DNA from: Alphaproteobacteria bacterium | Lineage (GTDB): Bacteria; Pseudomonadota; Alphaproteobacteria; GCA-2731375 | NCBI GenBank assembly: GCA_965225945.1 | Contig: CBDDBZ010000039.1 | Coordinates: 192,001-256,000 of the forward strand | DNA length: 64,000 nucleotides | Reading direction: 5' to 3' | In this document: positions 1 through 9,696 of the stretch, piece after piece | How the letters are laid out: every line of letters begins with the position of its first letter | Numbering within the stretch: position 1 is the stretch's first letter | The notes under the pieces: generated by a model | What the model saw: only the letters and a program-made list of their open reading frames with translations | The model's database searches: none | What the model was told of the DNA's origin: nothing | Made by a program: the position numbers and the translations under genes

Positions 1-209
1 TCGATCTCTTCGGCGATGTCGCGCGCGCTGCGTCGCTCCGTGCCCTTGAAGGCCATGTGCTCGAGCAGGTGGGCGATGCCGTGCATCTCCTCGCTCTCGT
101 GCCGCGCGCCGGCATCGATCCACAGGCCGACGGCGGCGCTCTCCAGGTGGGCCATGGCGTCGGTGACGACCCGGAGGCCGTTCTCGAGTGTGGTGATCTC
201 TACGCTCAT
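1..209 (-). CDS. M16 family (pitrilysin/insulinase) peptidase, N-terminal part; runs off the window
   Basis: Reverse strand reads MSVEITTLENGLRVVT...GIAHLLEHMAFKGT (HxxEH motif); ATG overlaps the thrC stop (ATGA). Confidence 0.9.
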   Translation of the reverse strand, partial: MSVEITTLENGLRVVTDAMAHLESAAVGLWIDAGARHESEEMHGIAHLLEHMAFKGTERRSARDIAEEI

Positions 210-1627
210 GGCGCCGCGCGCTCCTCTGTGGGCACGTTGGGGAGAGACAGTTTCGAGAGGATATAGTCGCGCAAGCCGTCGAGGTCGTCGTCGAGCACTG
301 CGCAATGTTCCGCCCGCTCGGCCAGCCCGGCGAGGCGGGGGGGCACGGCCGGCGGGGCGCCGATCGCGGCCCGAATCGCGTCGGGAAACTTGGCCGGATG
401 CGCCGTCGCCAGGCTCACCATCACCTCCCCCGGCCGGGCCAGCGCACGGGCGGCGACGACGCCGACGGCGGTGTGCGGGTCGATCACGATACCCGACCGG
501 CAATTCACCTGGGCGATGGTCGCGAGCGTCTCCGCCTCGCTGGCCGAGTGGCTGGCGAAATCACGCCGGGCCCGCGCCAAGGCCTCGGACGGGACCTCGA
601 AGGCCCCGTGGCCCGCGAGATCCGACATGCACCTGGCGACAGTGGCCCCGTCGCGCTCCAGCAGATCGAACAGCAGACGCTCGAAATTGCTGGCGACCTG
701 GATATCCATCGAGGGACTCATGGTCGAGGCGACCTCGCCTGGCCGGTAGACGCCGGATTCCAGGAACCGATGCAGAATGTCGTTCTGGTTGGTGGCGATG
801 ATCAAGCGGCCGATCGGCGCGCCCATGCGCTTGGCCACGTAGCCGGCGAAGATGTCGCCGAAGTTGCCACTCGGCACACTAAAGCTGACCGGACGACCGG
901 GGCCGCCCAGCGTCACAGAGGCCTGGACGTAATAGACCACCTGGGCCATCACCCGGACCCAGTTGATCGAGTTCACCGCCGCGAGTCGGGCCCGGGCGCG
1001 AAAATCCTCGTCGGCGAAGAGCCCCTTCAGCAGCGCCTGGCAATCGTCGAAGGTGCCCCGGATCGCAATGTTGTGGACGTTCGCCGCCTCGACCGTGGTC
1101 ATCTGCAGGCGCTGCATCTCGGAGATCCGGCCTTTGGGGTGGAGCATGAAGATCTCAAGCGCGCCGCGATCGCGGCAAGCCTCGATCGCCGCGGCTCCGG
1201 TATCGCCCGAGGTCGCGCCGACGATCGCCACCCGCTCGCCGCGATGGCCGAGCACATCATCGAACAGCGGCCCCAGCAGTTGTAGCGCCACGTCCTTGAA
1301 GGCGAGCGTCGGCCCGTGAAAGAGCTCCATCAGCCAAAGGCCGGCGCCGAGCTGTCGGAGCGGCGCCACCTGCTCGTGCGCGAAGCCGTCGGCGGCCCCG
1401 TCGATCAGCCGGCCGAAGCGGTCCGCGTCAAATTCGCCGATGAAGGGGCGCATCACCGCCCGGGCGACTTCGCGATAATCCCGAACGACGAGATCGCGCT
1501 GCTCGGGGGGCGGCAGCTCGGGCCAACGCTCGGGAACGTAAAGCCCGCCGTCGCTCGCCAGACCGGCGAGCAGGACGCCCTCGAAGTCCAGAATCGGCGC
1601 GGCTCCGCGCGTGCTGACGTAGTTCAC
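206..1627 (-). CDS. thrC: Threonine synthase
   Basis: YVSTRG, GLASDGGLYVP, ELFHGPTLAFKD (PLP lysine), GATSGDTG, VPSGNFG, LATAHPAKF; start placed at GTG 1627. Confidence 0.95.
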   Translation of the reverse strand: MNYVSTRGAAPILDFEGVLLAGLASDGGLYVPERWPELPPPEQRDLVVRDYREVARAVMRPFIGEFDADRFGRLIDGAADGFAHEQVAPLRQLGAGLWLMELFHGPTLAFKDVALQLLGPLFDDVLGHRGERVAIVGATSGDTGAAAIEACRDRGALEIFMLHPKGRISEMQRLQMTTVEAANVHNIAIRGTFDDCQALLKGLFADEDFRARARLAAVNSINWVRVMAQVVYYVQASVTLGGPGRPVSFSVPSGNFGDIFAGYVAKRMGAPIGRLIIATNQNDILHRFLESGVYRPGEVASTMSPSMDIQVASNFERLLFDLLERDGATVARCMSDLAGHGAFEVPSEALARARRDFASHSASEAETLATIAQVNCRSGIVIDPHTAVGVVAARALARPGEVMVSLATAHPAKFPDAIRAAIGAPPAVPPRLAGLAERAEHCAVLDDDLDGLRDYILSKLSLPNVPTEERAAP

Positions 1628-1889
1628 CAATCTGCTTCCGATTATTGTGCCCTGCCCTGGCACCTCGCCGGCCAACCTAGACGCGCCCGCCTGGGCTGAC
1701 AAGCGATCCGCGACGTCACGCGTTTGCGCAATCGAGCGTTGGTGTCGCCACCGCGCCCCGCCTCGACTCATGCTTACGCCTCGGCTCGCCATGGCACATG
1801 GATCGGCAAAACGCCCAGCGTTACACTCGCGCCATGTCAGGCGGCACTCGATGAAGACGGGCCGAGATCGTTTCCGCTGGAAGAGGGTC

Positions 1890-2006
1890 ATGAAACGCAC
1901 TCTGCTCGTCTTGGTGATGGGGTGGTTGCCGGTTGGCGCACCGCTCCCGGCTCTTGCCGAGTCGCCGAAGCTGATGGCTGCCTATCAGCACAATACGACG
2001 CTCTAG
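1890..2006 (+). pseudogene. Short signal-peptide-bearing ORF, probably a remnant of a secreted protein
   Basis: MKRTLLVLVMGWLPVGAPLPALA|ESP looks like a Sec signal peptide with an AxA site, preceded by GAGG; stops after 38 aa. Confidence 0.3.
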
Positions 2007-2105
2007 TCGAGCGGGCCCGATTGGGCGCTCAAGCGGGGGGACCACGGAAATTCGATCGGGCCGTCGGCGAGTGCTGGCGCGAGCCAAAGCGCCTCTGCCC
2101 AGAGC

Positions 2106-2244
2106 CCGCCCTTCATCTCATGGTGACTCTTTGGCCCGGGTTCAGCGGGCGTCAAAGGTCGGGATCGGCGAAGCCGACGCCCTTTGGCGCCCTTGACAGC
2201 CCGCTGGACCCGGGCGATCCCACAACCCATGAGATGAAGGACGG
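2106..2244. repeat. 139-bp MITE-like palindromic element
   Basis: Terminal inverted repeat ccg(c/t)ccttcatctcatgg (17/18) plus nested inverted arms cccgggttcagcgggc/gcccgctggacccggg; one arm recurs at 53481. Confidence 0.7.
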
Positions 2245-2391
2245 ATACCGGCACCTCGACACGCCTGACGTGTCTTGCGTCCATTGGTGGTGTTCGCCAT
2301 GCGTCGCGATGACGCCGAAGCATCGGCGTTACCATATTTTTGGCCAACGCCGTAGGATTGGCTTCGCGCCTCGAGGGGGGGGGGGATTGCG

Positions 2392-3210
2392 ATGACCAGA
2401 CGATTGCCGGCGGTGCTTTGCGCCCTCGCCATTTTACTGGCGAGCGCGCCGGCGCGGGCCGGGGAGGCCAAAGCGCGCTTCGAGGCCGGCTACCGGGCCT
2501 ATCAGGCGGGCGACTTCGAGGCGGCGCTCCGGTCGTGGCGTCCCTTGGCCGACGCAGGCCATCCGCTGGCGCAATACAACGCCGGACTGATGTTCCTCGA
2601 GGGCCGGGGCCTGCCCTTCGATCGCGAGAAGGCGATCCTGTGGCTCGCTCGCGCGGCCAAACGGGACGTACCCGAGGCGCAGTTCAATCTCGCCAGCTTG
2701 CACATGTCGCCCGACGGGCCGCCGCCCGATTTCGAGGCGGCCCGCTTCCAGCTCACCCGCGCCGCCGATCTGGGGCTCGCCCGGGCCCAGCACACGCTGG
2801 CCAAGCTGCACGAATACGGCCTCGGCGGCACGGCGGACGCAGGCGTGGCCTTGCGCTATTTCACCATGGCGGCGGCCCAGGGGCACGTTCGCGCGCAATA
2901 CAATCTCGGCAAGTTCTACCGCGACGGCCGGGGCGTCGGTGCCGACGAGGCGGCCTCGATCCGCTGGTTTCGCGCCGCCGCCGAGGGCGGCTACGCCAAG
3001 GCGCAGGCCAAGCTCGCAAGCCGATACGCCGTGGGGCGCGGCGTCGCCCGCGACGCACTCGAGGCCTATGTCTGGACCGCGCTCGCCGCCGCCGGCGGCC
3101 ACGAGGGCGCCAAGGCCGCACTCAGCCGACGCACCGCCCGGCTGAGCCAATCCGAGAAGACGGCGGGTGATGCCCGCGTCGCCGCCTTCCGGCCGAAATC
3201 GGGCGGCTGA
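2392..3210 (+). CDS. Secreted Sel1-like repeat protein
   Basis: Signal peptide followed by repeated AQYNLG...G.GV...A..WF..AA units. Confidence 0.9.
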   Translation: MTRRLPAVLCALAILLASAPARAGEAKARFEAGYRAYQAGDFEAALRSWRPLADAGHPLAQYNAGLMFLEGRGLPFDREKAILWLARAAKRDVPEAQFNLASLHMSPDGPPPDFEAARFQLTRAADLGLARAQHTLAKLHEYGLGGTADAGVALRYFTMAAAQGHVRAQYNLGKFYRDGRGVGADEAASIRWFRAAAEGGYAKAQAKLASRYAVGRGVARDALEAYVWTALAAAGGHEGAKAALSRRTARLSQSEKTAGDARVAAFRPKSGG

Positions 3211-3276
3211 ACGCATGGTTCAGCCGGGCCGGATGATGCGCTAGGATGCGCGCCGCTTGATCAAGGGAGGAGAGAC

Positions 3277-3948
3277 ATGGGTCGGGATCTGAGCCTCACG
3301 GCATCCGACGGGCACCACTTCGGGGTCTACCGCGCCGATCCCTCGGGCACGCCCCGGGGCGGTATCGTCGTCATCCAGGAGATCTTCGGCGTCAACAAAC
3401 ACATCCGCGAGGTGACGGACGGCTTTGCCGCCGATGGCTATCTGGCGATGGCCCCGGCGCTCTACGACCGCTCCTCCCGGCGCGATATCCAGCTCGGCTA
3501 CGAGGGCGACGACTTGGGCGTCGGCCGCGACCTGCGCGAGGAGTTCTCCTGGGACGACAGCGTCAAGGACGTCGATGCGGTGGCCCAAGTGATGCGGGAC
3601 TCAGGGCTGAAGGTCGGGACCGTCGGCTACTGCTGGGGCGGCACCATCAGCTACCTCGCCGGCACCCGCTTGGACGTGCAGGCGGCCGTGGTCTACTACG
3701 GCGGGCAGATCATCCCCTATATCGAGGAGAAGGGGCGCTGTCCGATGCTCATGCACTTCGGCGCGCAAGACCAGGGCATCCCGCTTTCCGACGTCGAGCA
3801 AATCGAGGTGGCGCACGCCGAGGCGACGGTCCATATCTACGATGCCGACCACGGCTTCAACTGCGATCATCGCGGCCAGCATGACGCTGCCGCCGCCAAG
3901 CTGGCGCGCGAGCGCACGCTGGCCTTCTACGCGGAAAACCTGGGCTAG
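3277..3948 (+). CDS. Dienelactone hydrolase family protein
   Basis: VIQEIFGVN, GYCWGG nucleophile motif, ADHGFNCD; strong RBS GGAGGAGA. Confidence 0.92.
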   Translation: MGRDLSLTASDGHHFGVYRADPSGTPRGGIVVIQEIFGVNKHIREVTDGFAADGYLAMAPALYDRSSRRDIQLGYEGDDLGVGRDLREEFSWDDSVKDVDAVAQVMRDSGLKVGTVGYCWGGTISYLAGTRLDVQAAVVYYGGQIIPYIEEKGRCPMLMHFGAQDQGIPLSDVEQIEVAHAEATVHIYDADHGFNCDHRGQHDAAAAKLARERTLAFYAENLG

Positions 3949-4085
3949 GACCACCCCGCTCCGGCGAGACGGCCCGCAGGCGGCGCGCCGACGATGGCTT
4001 CGTGGACGAGGTCCAGGTGGCCCGGACTACGTCGACGAGCGATGCCTTGACGCGCGGCCCGGGCGCCCATCGATATAGTTTCGAC

Positions 4086-5308
4086 CACAGTACACGACTC
4101 GTTCATGCTGGCTTTGGCCTGGGCACCTGGACTGGTGGTTTTCCGGGGACGAGGAAACGAATCAGCTCAATGGCTTGACGCCTGTCGATAGGATTGACGA
4201 GCTGTCGCCTTATCCACTCGAAACCGTATCGGAAGATGGATTTTGCCATCCTTTTGTGGGTTTTGAGGCGGATCGGCTCGGCCTCGTGGAGCCAATCGCC
4301 GACTTTGTGCGCCCAGCAGAAGGTGATGGAAAGGACGGCGGTGAGCTTGGAGATGCGCTCCGGGTCGGTCATGTGGGTGTCTTCGAGGTTGAAGCCACGG
4401 GTTTTCAAGGCGGCGAAGAGGGTCTTGATTTGCCAGCGCTGGGCGTAGATGGCCAAGGCCTCCTCGGGCGCGTCGTTGGTCACGACGATCAACAGTTCGC
4501 CGGTCTTGAGATGGAGCGCGGCGACGAAGACGGGCCTGGCCTTGGGTTTTCTGGCCTCCGAGAGGCGCCTGGCGTTGGAGAGGATGCGGCTTTCCCCGGG
4601 TTTGAGGTCGCGAAACAGCTCCCTCGCCTTGACCATGCGACCACGCGTGTTGGCGATCTTGATGTTGGATCGGATGCGGATGTGAAAGGGGATGGCCTTT
4701 TCCTGCAACCATGCCAGCCAGGCGTCGCCGATGAATTCCCGGTCGGCCAGGAGGCTGGCGATCTTGTCGACCCCGAAGAGCCGGAGGACGTGTTCGAGGA
4801 TCGCGATCCGCTCCTTGGTATTGGAATTGCCCGCCTTGTCGAGCACCCGCCAGCACACGGGAATGGCGATGGCGCGGTTGACGATGCCGATCATCAAGAT
4901 GTTGACGTCGCGGCGACCCAGCCGCCAGTTGGTCCGGTCCATGGTCAGCCGCCACGGCCCCGCCTGGAGCCCCATCATCGCGACCAGGAACTCGGCGAGG
5001 CGATCGTAATCGAAATCGACTTGCTCGAAAAACCGTTGCAGGCGCCGATAGTTGGAGCTGGATCGCGCGCGCCCCGGAAAGTGGCAGGCCAAGTGAGAGA
5101 GGTTCACCGTCCGGGCGACGAACACGCCGAAGACCAAGACGCAAAGGCTCTCCAGACGGCTCTTGCGAAAGGCGAAGCCGCATCGTAGCGTCTCACGCAG
5201 GGCGTTGATCGGGTTGTCTCGCATGATTTCCCTCTTGACTCGTCGTGGAGTGAATCGGGAATCCTACAACCTTTTCAACGTCCTACGTAAATGCCGTCGT
5301 GTACCATG
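4086..5308 (-). mobile_element. IS4-family insertion sequence, copy 1 (1223 bp)
   Basis: Terminal inverted repeats cacagtacacgac / gtcgtgtaccatg; 9-bp target duplication agtttcgac (4077-4085, 5309-5317); near-identical to 29945-31167. Confidence 0.93.
4103..5224 (-). CDS. IS4-family DDE transposase with catalytic Glu changed to Lys
   Basis: MDRTNW, LADREFIG, YAQRWQIKTLFAALK; the other copy has E at this YREK position. Confidence 0.88.
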   Translation of the reverse strand: MRDNPINALRETLRCGFAFRKSRLESLCVLVFGVFVARTVNLSHLACHFPGRARSSSNYRRLQRFFEQVDFDYDRLAEFLVAMMGLQAGPWRLTMDRTNWRLGRRDVNILMIGIVNRAIAIPVCWRVLDKAGNSNTKERIAILEHVLRLFGVDKIASLLADREFIGDAWLAWLQEKAIPFHIRIRSNIKIANTRGRMVKARELFRDLKPGESRILSNARRLSEARKPKARPVFVAALHLKTGELLIVVTNDAPEEALAIYAQRWQIKTLFAALKTRGFNLEDTHMTDPERISKLTAVLSITFCWAHKVGDWLHEAEPIRLKTHKRMAKSIFRYGFEWIRRQLVNPIDRRQAIELIRFLVPGKPPVQVPRPKPA

Positions 5309-5319
5309 AGTTTCGACAA

Positions 5320-5335
5320 TTAACCGACGGTTTAC
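5320..5335 (+). promoter_or_regulatory. Possible CtrA-binding site upstream of the chemoreceptor
   Basis: TTAA-ccgacgg-TTTAC, one mismatch to TTAA-N7-TTAAC, about 90 bp upstream of an MCP gene. Confidence 0.4.
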
Positions 5336-5420
5336 GGTTCTCGATCAAATTCGATCGTGCCGCGCCGCCAGGAGCGAACGAATTTCTCGATCGGCACCGA
5401 ATCCGCGCCGGCTAGACGAG

Positions 5421-6755
5421 GTGAGCATGACCGAGTTCGATGCCGACCGGGACGCGAGATTGCGGTTTCTGAACATCGCGCCCGACGTGGGGACGGCGTT
5501 GCAGGCGGTATGGCCGATCATCGAGGGTCATCTCGAGGACATCCTCACCGCCTTCCACGCGCATGTGATCGCGATCCCCTCGCTCGCCGAAAAGATCGGG
5601 GACACGGACGACATCCAGCGCCTGAAATCGGCCCAGCTCGGCCATTGGGAGAAACTCTTCGACGGCGGTTTCGACGACGCCTACTTCGAGCGCTGCCATG
5701 TCATCGGCACGACCCATCACCGCATCGGCCTGGAGCCGCGCTGGTACCTGGCGGGCTATTCCTTCGTCGTGGAAAAGCTCACATCGGTCCTCACCCAGCA
5801 CTATCGGCGCAAGCCGAAAGAGGCGGCGGCGGCGATTTCGGCCATGACCAAGGCGATCTTCCTCGACATGGACGTCGCCATCTCGATCTATTGCGAGGCG
5901 ATGCGCAACGAACAGCGGGAACTCACCGACAAGTCGATGGCCTTCGTGCGCGATGTCGAAGGCCTGATCGGCGGACTGAGCGAAGCCGCCGGGCAGCTCC
6001 AATCGTCGGCGCGGGCGTTGAACGACAACGCCGAACGGGGCGCCGGCCAGAGCACCATCGTCGTCGTCGCCGCCGAGCAGGCGAACGCCAACGTGCAGAC
6101 CGTCGCCAGCGCCACGGACGAGCTTTCGGCCTCGCTGCGAGAGGTGAGCCAGCAGGTCACCGAATCGGCCAGCATCACCGGGGAGGCGACGCGGCAGGCC
6201 AACGACACCAACGATCAGGTCAAGGGCCTCTCGGAAGCGGCCGAGAAGATCGGCAACGTGGTCTCTCTGATCAACGACATCGCCGGCCAGACCAACCTGC
6301 TGGCCCTGAACGCCACCATCGAGGCCGCCCGCGCGGGCGACGCCGGCAAGGGCTTCGCCGTGGTCGCCTCGGAGGTCAAGAACCTGGCCAGCCAGACCGC
6401 CAAGGCGACCGAGGAGATCGCCAGCCAGATCGCCGAGATCCAGTCGGCGACGGGAACGGCGGTCATGGCGATCGAGGAGATCACCCACACGATCGAGCGG
6501 GTCAACGAGATCTCCGGTTCCATCGCCAGCACCGTCGAGGAACAGGATTCGGCCACCAGCGAGATCAGCCGCAACGTCCAGGAGGCGGCGAGCGGCACCC
6601 AGGACGTGGCTCGCCACCTCTCGGACATCTCCGCCTCGCTGCGGGAGACCGGCACCGTCTCGAGCGATCTGCTCACCGCCTCGAACGAGCTGTCCGGCCA
6701 GTCGGACGGTTTGCGGCAAACGGTTCGGGTCTTCCTGTCCGACTTCGACCGGTAG
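5421..6755 (+). CDS. Globin-coupled sensor / soluble methyl-accepting chemotaxis protein (HemAT-like)
   Basis: N-terminal protoglobin ([28 protein letters not shown]) plus MCP hairpin [34 protein letters not shown]. Confidence 0.93.
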   Translation: MSMTEFDADRDARLRFLNIAPDVGTALQAVWPIIEGHLEDILTAFHAHVIAIPSLAEKIGDTDDIQRLKSAQLGHWEKLFDGGFDDAYFERCHVIGTTHHRIGLEPRWYLAGYSFVVEKLTSVLTQHYRRKPKEAAAAISAMTKAIFLDMDVAISIYCEAMRNEQRELTDKSMAFVRDVEGLIGGLSEAAGQLQSSARALNDNAERGAGQSTIVVVAAEQANANVQTVASATDELSASLREVSQQVTESASITGEATRQANDTNDQVKGLSEAAEKIGNVVSLINDIAGQTNLLALNATIEAARAGDAGKGFAVVASEVKNLASQTAKATEEIASQIAEIQSATGTAVMAIEEITHTIERVNEISGSIASTVEEQDSATSEISRNVQEAASGTQDVARHLSDISASLRETGTVSSDLLTASNELSGQSDGLRQTVRVFLSDFDR

Positions 6756-6844
6756 CCCCCCGACGAGGTTGGTATTCGCGCCCGAACGCCAGCGGGCCCG
6801 AAAGCCGCTATAGTGCCCCCTCGGCGGAGAGACGGGGAGGCGAC

Positions 6845-7705
6845 ATGGCGGGGAGCAACGGCATCGAGGTCAGGCCGATCTCGGGCGCGCTCGGGGCGGA
6901 GATCGGGGGCGTCGATCTCTCAGCGCTGGACGACGAGAGCTTCGCGGCGATCCACCGGGCCTGGCTCGAGCATCTGGTGATCTTCTTCCGCGACCAGGAG
7001 ATCACGCCGGGCGATCAGGTGGCCTTCGCGCGGCGCTTCGGCGAGATCCACTTCCATCCCTACCTCGCCGGCCTCGACGAGCAGCCGGAGGTGCTGGAGA
7101 TCGTCCGCGATGCGGGCGACAGCTATACCTTCGGCTCGGTCTGGCACACCGACCAGATGTTCAATCCCAGGCCGGCCAAGGCCACCATGCTCTACGCCAA
7201 GGAGACGCCGAGCACGGGCGGCGATACGCTCTTCGCCAACATGTACCTCGCCCACGACGCGCTCTCGGAGCCCATGAAGGTGCTGCTGGCGGGGCTTCGG
7301 ACCCACAACCTGGGCGACAAGGCGAAGCGCAACCGTGACGGCCGCTCCCGCCACGAGCGCTACTCGGGCAGCCCGGAGATGCTGGCCAAGCTGCGCGATC
7401 CCGCCGGTGTGGCCACCGAATCCCGCCACCCGCTGATCCGCACCCACGACGAGACCGGGCGCCGGTCGCTTTACATCTCCAGCCACACCCATTCGCTCGA
7501 CGGCTTCGAGGAGGGGGAGGCCGATCCGCTGCTCGATTTCCTCCGCCGCCACGCGACCCGCCCGGAGTTCACCTGCCGGTTCCGTTGGCGCCCGGGCTCG
7601 ATGGCGCTCTGGGACAACCGCTGTGCGCTGCATCACGCACTCCCCGACTATTCCGAGCGACGGCGGATGCACCGCATCACCATCGCCGGCGACACGCCGA
7701 TCTAA
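6845..7705 (+). CDS. TauD/TfdA family 2-oxoglutarate-dependent dioxygenase
   Basis: GALGAEIGGVDL, WHTD, GGDTLF, HPLIRTH, WDNRCALH; the true gene is the C-terminal part of the 782-aa track ORF. Confidence 0.93.
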   Translation: MAGSNGIEVRPISGALGAEIGGVDLSALDDESFAAIHRAWLEHLVIFFRDQEITPGDQVAFARRFGEIHFHPYLAGLDEQPEVLEIVRDAGDSYTFGSVWHTDQMFNPRPAKATMLYAKETPSTGGDTLFANMYLAHDALSEPMKVLLAGLRTHNLGDKAKRNRDGRSRHERYSGSPEMLAKLRDPAGVATESRHPLIRTHDETGRRSLYISSHTHSLDGFEEGEADPLLDFLRRHATRPEFTCRFRWRPGSMALWDNRCALHHALPDYSERRRMHRITIAGDTPI

Positions 7706-7728
7706 GCCGGCGCGCGCGAGGAGTCCCG

Positions 7729-9696
7729 ATGCGAACCGACGCGTTCTCAGGCAAGGAATTTCAGACCCTGGTCGCGGACGAGGCGCTGCTTCGCGCGAGC
7801 CTGGAAGAGGCGGACATCGTCACCTCGGCCATGGTCCTGGTGCAGCTGACGGGCGAGGCCGGTTGGCTGGAGGAGGTCCGACCCTGCGTGCGTGGCCCCT
7901 GGGACTATTCGGTCGATATGCCGGAGGCGCTCAATTCCGAGATCCGCGAAGCCTTGGTGGCGGCGCTTCGGAGCCGGGCGGCAAACGGGGACGGCGCGCC
8001 GGCGCCGCCTTGCGGCGCGCTGCTGCAAGAGATGATGAGCGTCGCAGTCGGCGAGCCCGTTCCCGCCGACTACGTCGCCATGATGGGGGAGGAGATGGCG
8101 TTCGGGGCGGGCGATCCCAAGGGCGTCGAGTGGCGCGAGACGCCGTCCCGGGGCCGGCTGGCGGCCTTCCCCGTGGCGGTGATCGGCGCCGGCATGTCGG
8201 GACTCTGCGCGGCGATCAAGCTCGCCCAGGCGGGCCTGCCCTTCACCGTCTTCGAGAAGAACGACACCGTCGGCGGCACCTGGTACGAGAACGACTATCC
8301 GGGCGCCGCTGTCGATACGCCCAACCATTTCTATTCCTATTCCTTCGCGCCCAACCACGAGTGGACCCACTTCTTCTCCAAGCGCGACGCGCTCCATGAC
8401 TATTTCGAGCATATCAGCCGCGATTTCGGAGTCCGCCCCGAGATCTGCTTCCGGACGGAGGTCGAGGCGGCCACGTGGGACGCGGCCGAGGGACGCTGGC
8501 GGCTCGCGATCCGAGGTCCGGGCGGTGTCCGGCGCGAAGAGAGCTTCCGCGCCGTGATCTGTGCCGTCGGCCAATTGAACCGCCCGTTCACGCCGGCGAT
8601 CCCCGGGCTCGAGGATTTCGCCGGTCCGCTCTTCCACACCGCGCACTGGGATAAATCGGTGGACCATCGGGGCCGTCGAGTGGCGCTGATCGGCACCGGC
8701 GCCAGCGCCATGCAGGTCGGCCCGACGATCGCGCCGGAGGTGGCGCGGCTCGCCATCTTCCAGCGCTCGCCCCACTGGGCCGTCCACAACCCGAACTATC
8801 ACCGGGTGGTGGGGCCGGGGAAGCGCTGGGTCTTGAAACACCTGCCCTATTACTCCGAGTGGTACCGCTTCCAGCTCTTCTGGGGCTTCGCCGACGGCTT
8901 GCATGCCGCGCTGCAAATCGATCCCGAATGGGACCATCCCGAGCGCTCGCTCAACCAGATCAACGAACGTCATCGCCGCTCGATCGTGCGGTTCATCGAG
9001 CGGAAGCTGGCGGGCGAGGCGGACCTGTTGGCCAAGGTCGTGCCGCCCTATCCGCCCTACGGCAAGCGGATCCTGATCGACAACCACTGGTACGACATGC
9101 TGACCCGCGACAACGTCGAGCTGGTGACCGACGGCATCGCGGGAGTGACGGCGGAGGCGATTGTGACCACCGGCGGCCGGCGCCACGAGGTCGACATGAT
9201 CGTGCTGGCGACCGGTTTCCACGCCCGCGAGATGGTCTGGCCGATGGAGGTCCGGGGTCGGGACGGGCGGCGGCTCCGCGACATCTGGGGCGAGGACGAT
9301 CCCCGGGCCTATCTCGGCATCGCCATGCCGGGGTTTCCCAACTTCTTCGTGCTCTACGGCCCCAACACCAATCTCGGACACGGCGGCAGCGTCATCTTCC
9401 ATACCGAGTGCCAGGTGCGCTACGCGATGAAATGCCTGCGCGAGCTGGTCGAGGGCGAGCATGGCTCGATGGAAGTCTTGGAGAGGGTGCACGACGACTA
9501 CAACGAAGCGGTCGACGCGGCGCACCGGCGGATGGTGTGGTCGCACCCCGGCATGGGCAACTGGTACAAGAACGCCGCAGGCCGCGTGGTCACCAATTCG
9601 CCTTGGCGATTGGTCGACTATTGGCGGATGACGGCGGAGCTCGACACGAGCGATTTCCGCTTCGCCCGAGGACGCCCGAGGCCGCGGCGAAGATGA
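7729..9696 (+). CDS. Baeyer-Villiger monooxygenase (4-hydroxyacetophenone monooxygenase-like)
   Basis: GAGMSG, GGTWYENDYPG, fingerprint FAGPLFHTAHW, GTGASA, ATGF; N-terminal extension typical of HAPMO. Confidence 0.9.
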   Translation: MRTDAFSGKEFQTLVADEALLRASLEEADIVTSAMVLVQLTGEAGWLEEVRPCVRGPWDYSVDMPEALNSEIREALVAALRSRAANGDGAPAPPCGALLQEMMSVAVGEPVPADYVAMMGEEMAFGAGDPKGVEWRETPSRGRLAAFPVAVIGAGMSGLCAAIKLAQAGLPFTVFEKNDTVGGTWYENDYPGAAVDTPNHFYSYSFAPNHEWTHFFSKRDALHDYFEHISRDFGVRPEICFRTEVEAATWDAAEGRWRLAIRGPGGVRREESFRAVICAVGQLNRPFTPAIPGLEDFAGPLFHTAHWDKSVDHRGRRVALIGTGASAMQVGPTIAPEVARLAIFQRSPHWAVHNPNYHRVVGPGKRWVLKHLPYYSEWYRFQLFWGFADGLHAALQIDPEWDHPERSLNQINERHRRSIVRFIERKLAGEADLLAKVVPPYPPYGKRILIDNHWYDMLTRDNVELVTDGIAGVTAEAIVTTGGRRHEVDMIVLATGFHAREMVWPMEVRGRDGRRLRDIWGEDDPRAYLGIAMPGFPNFFVLYGPNTNLGHGGSVIFHTECQVRYAMKCLRELVEGEHGSMEVLERVHDDYNEAVDAAHRRMVWSHPGMGNWYKNAAGRVVTNSPWRLVDYWRMTAELDTSDFRFARGRPRPRRR

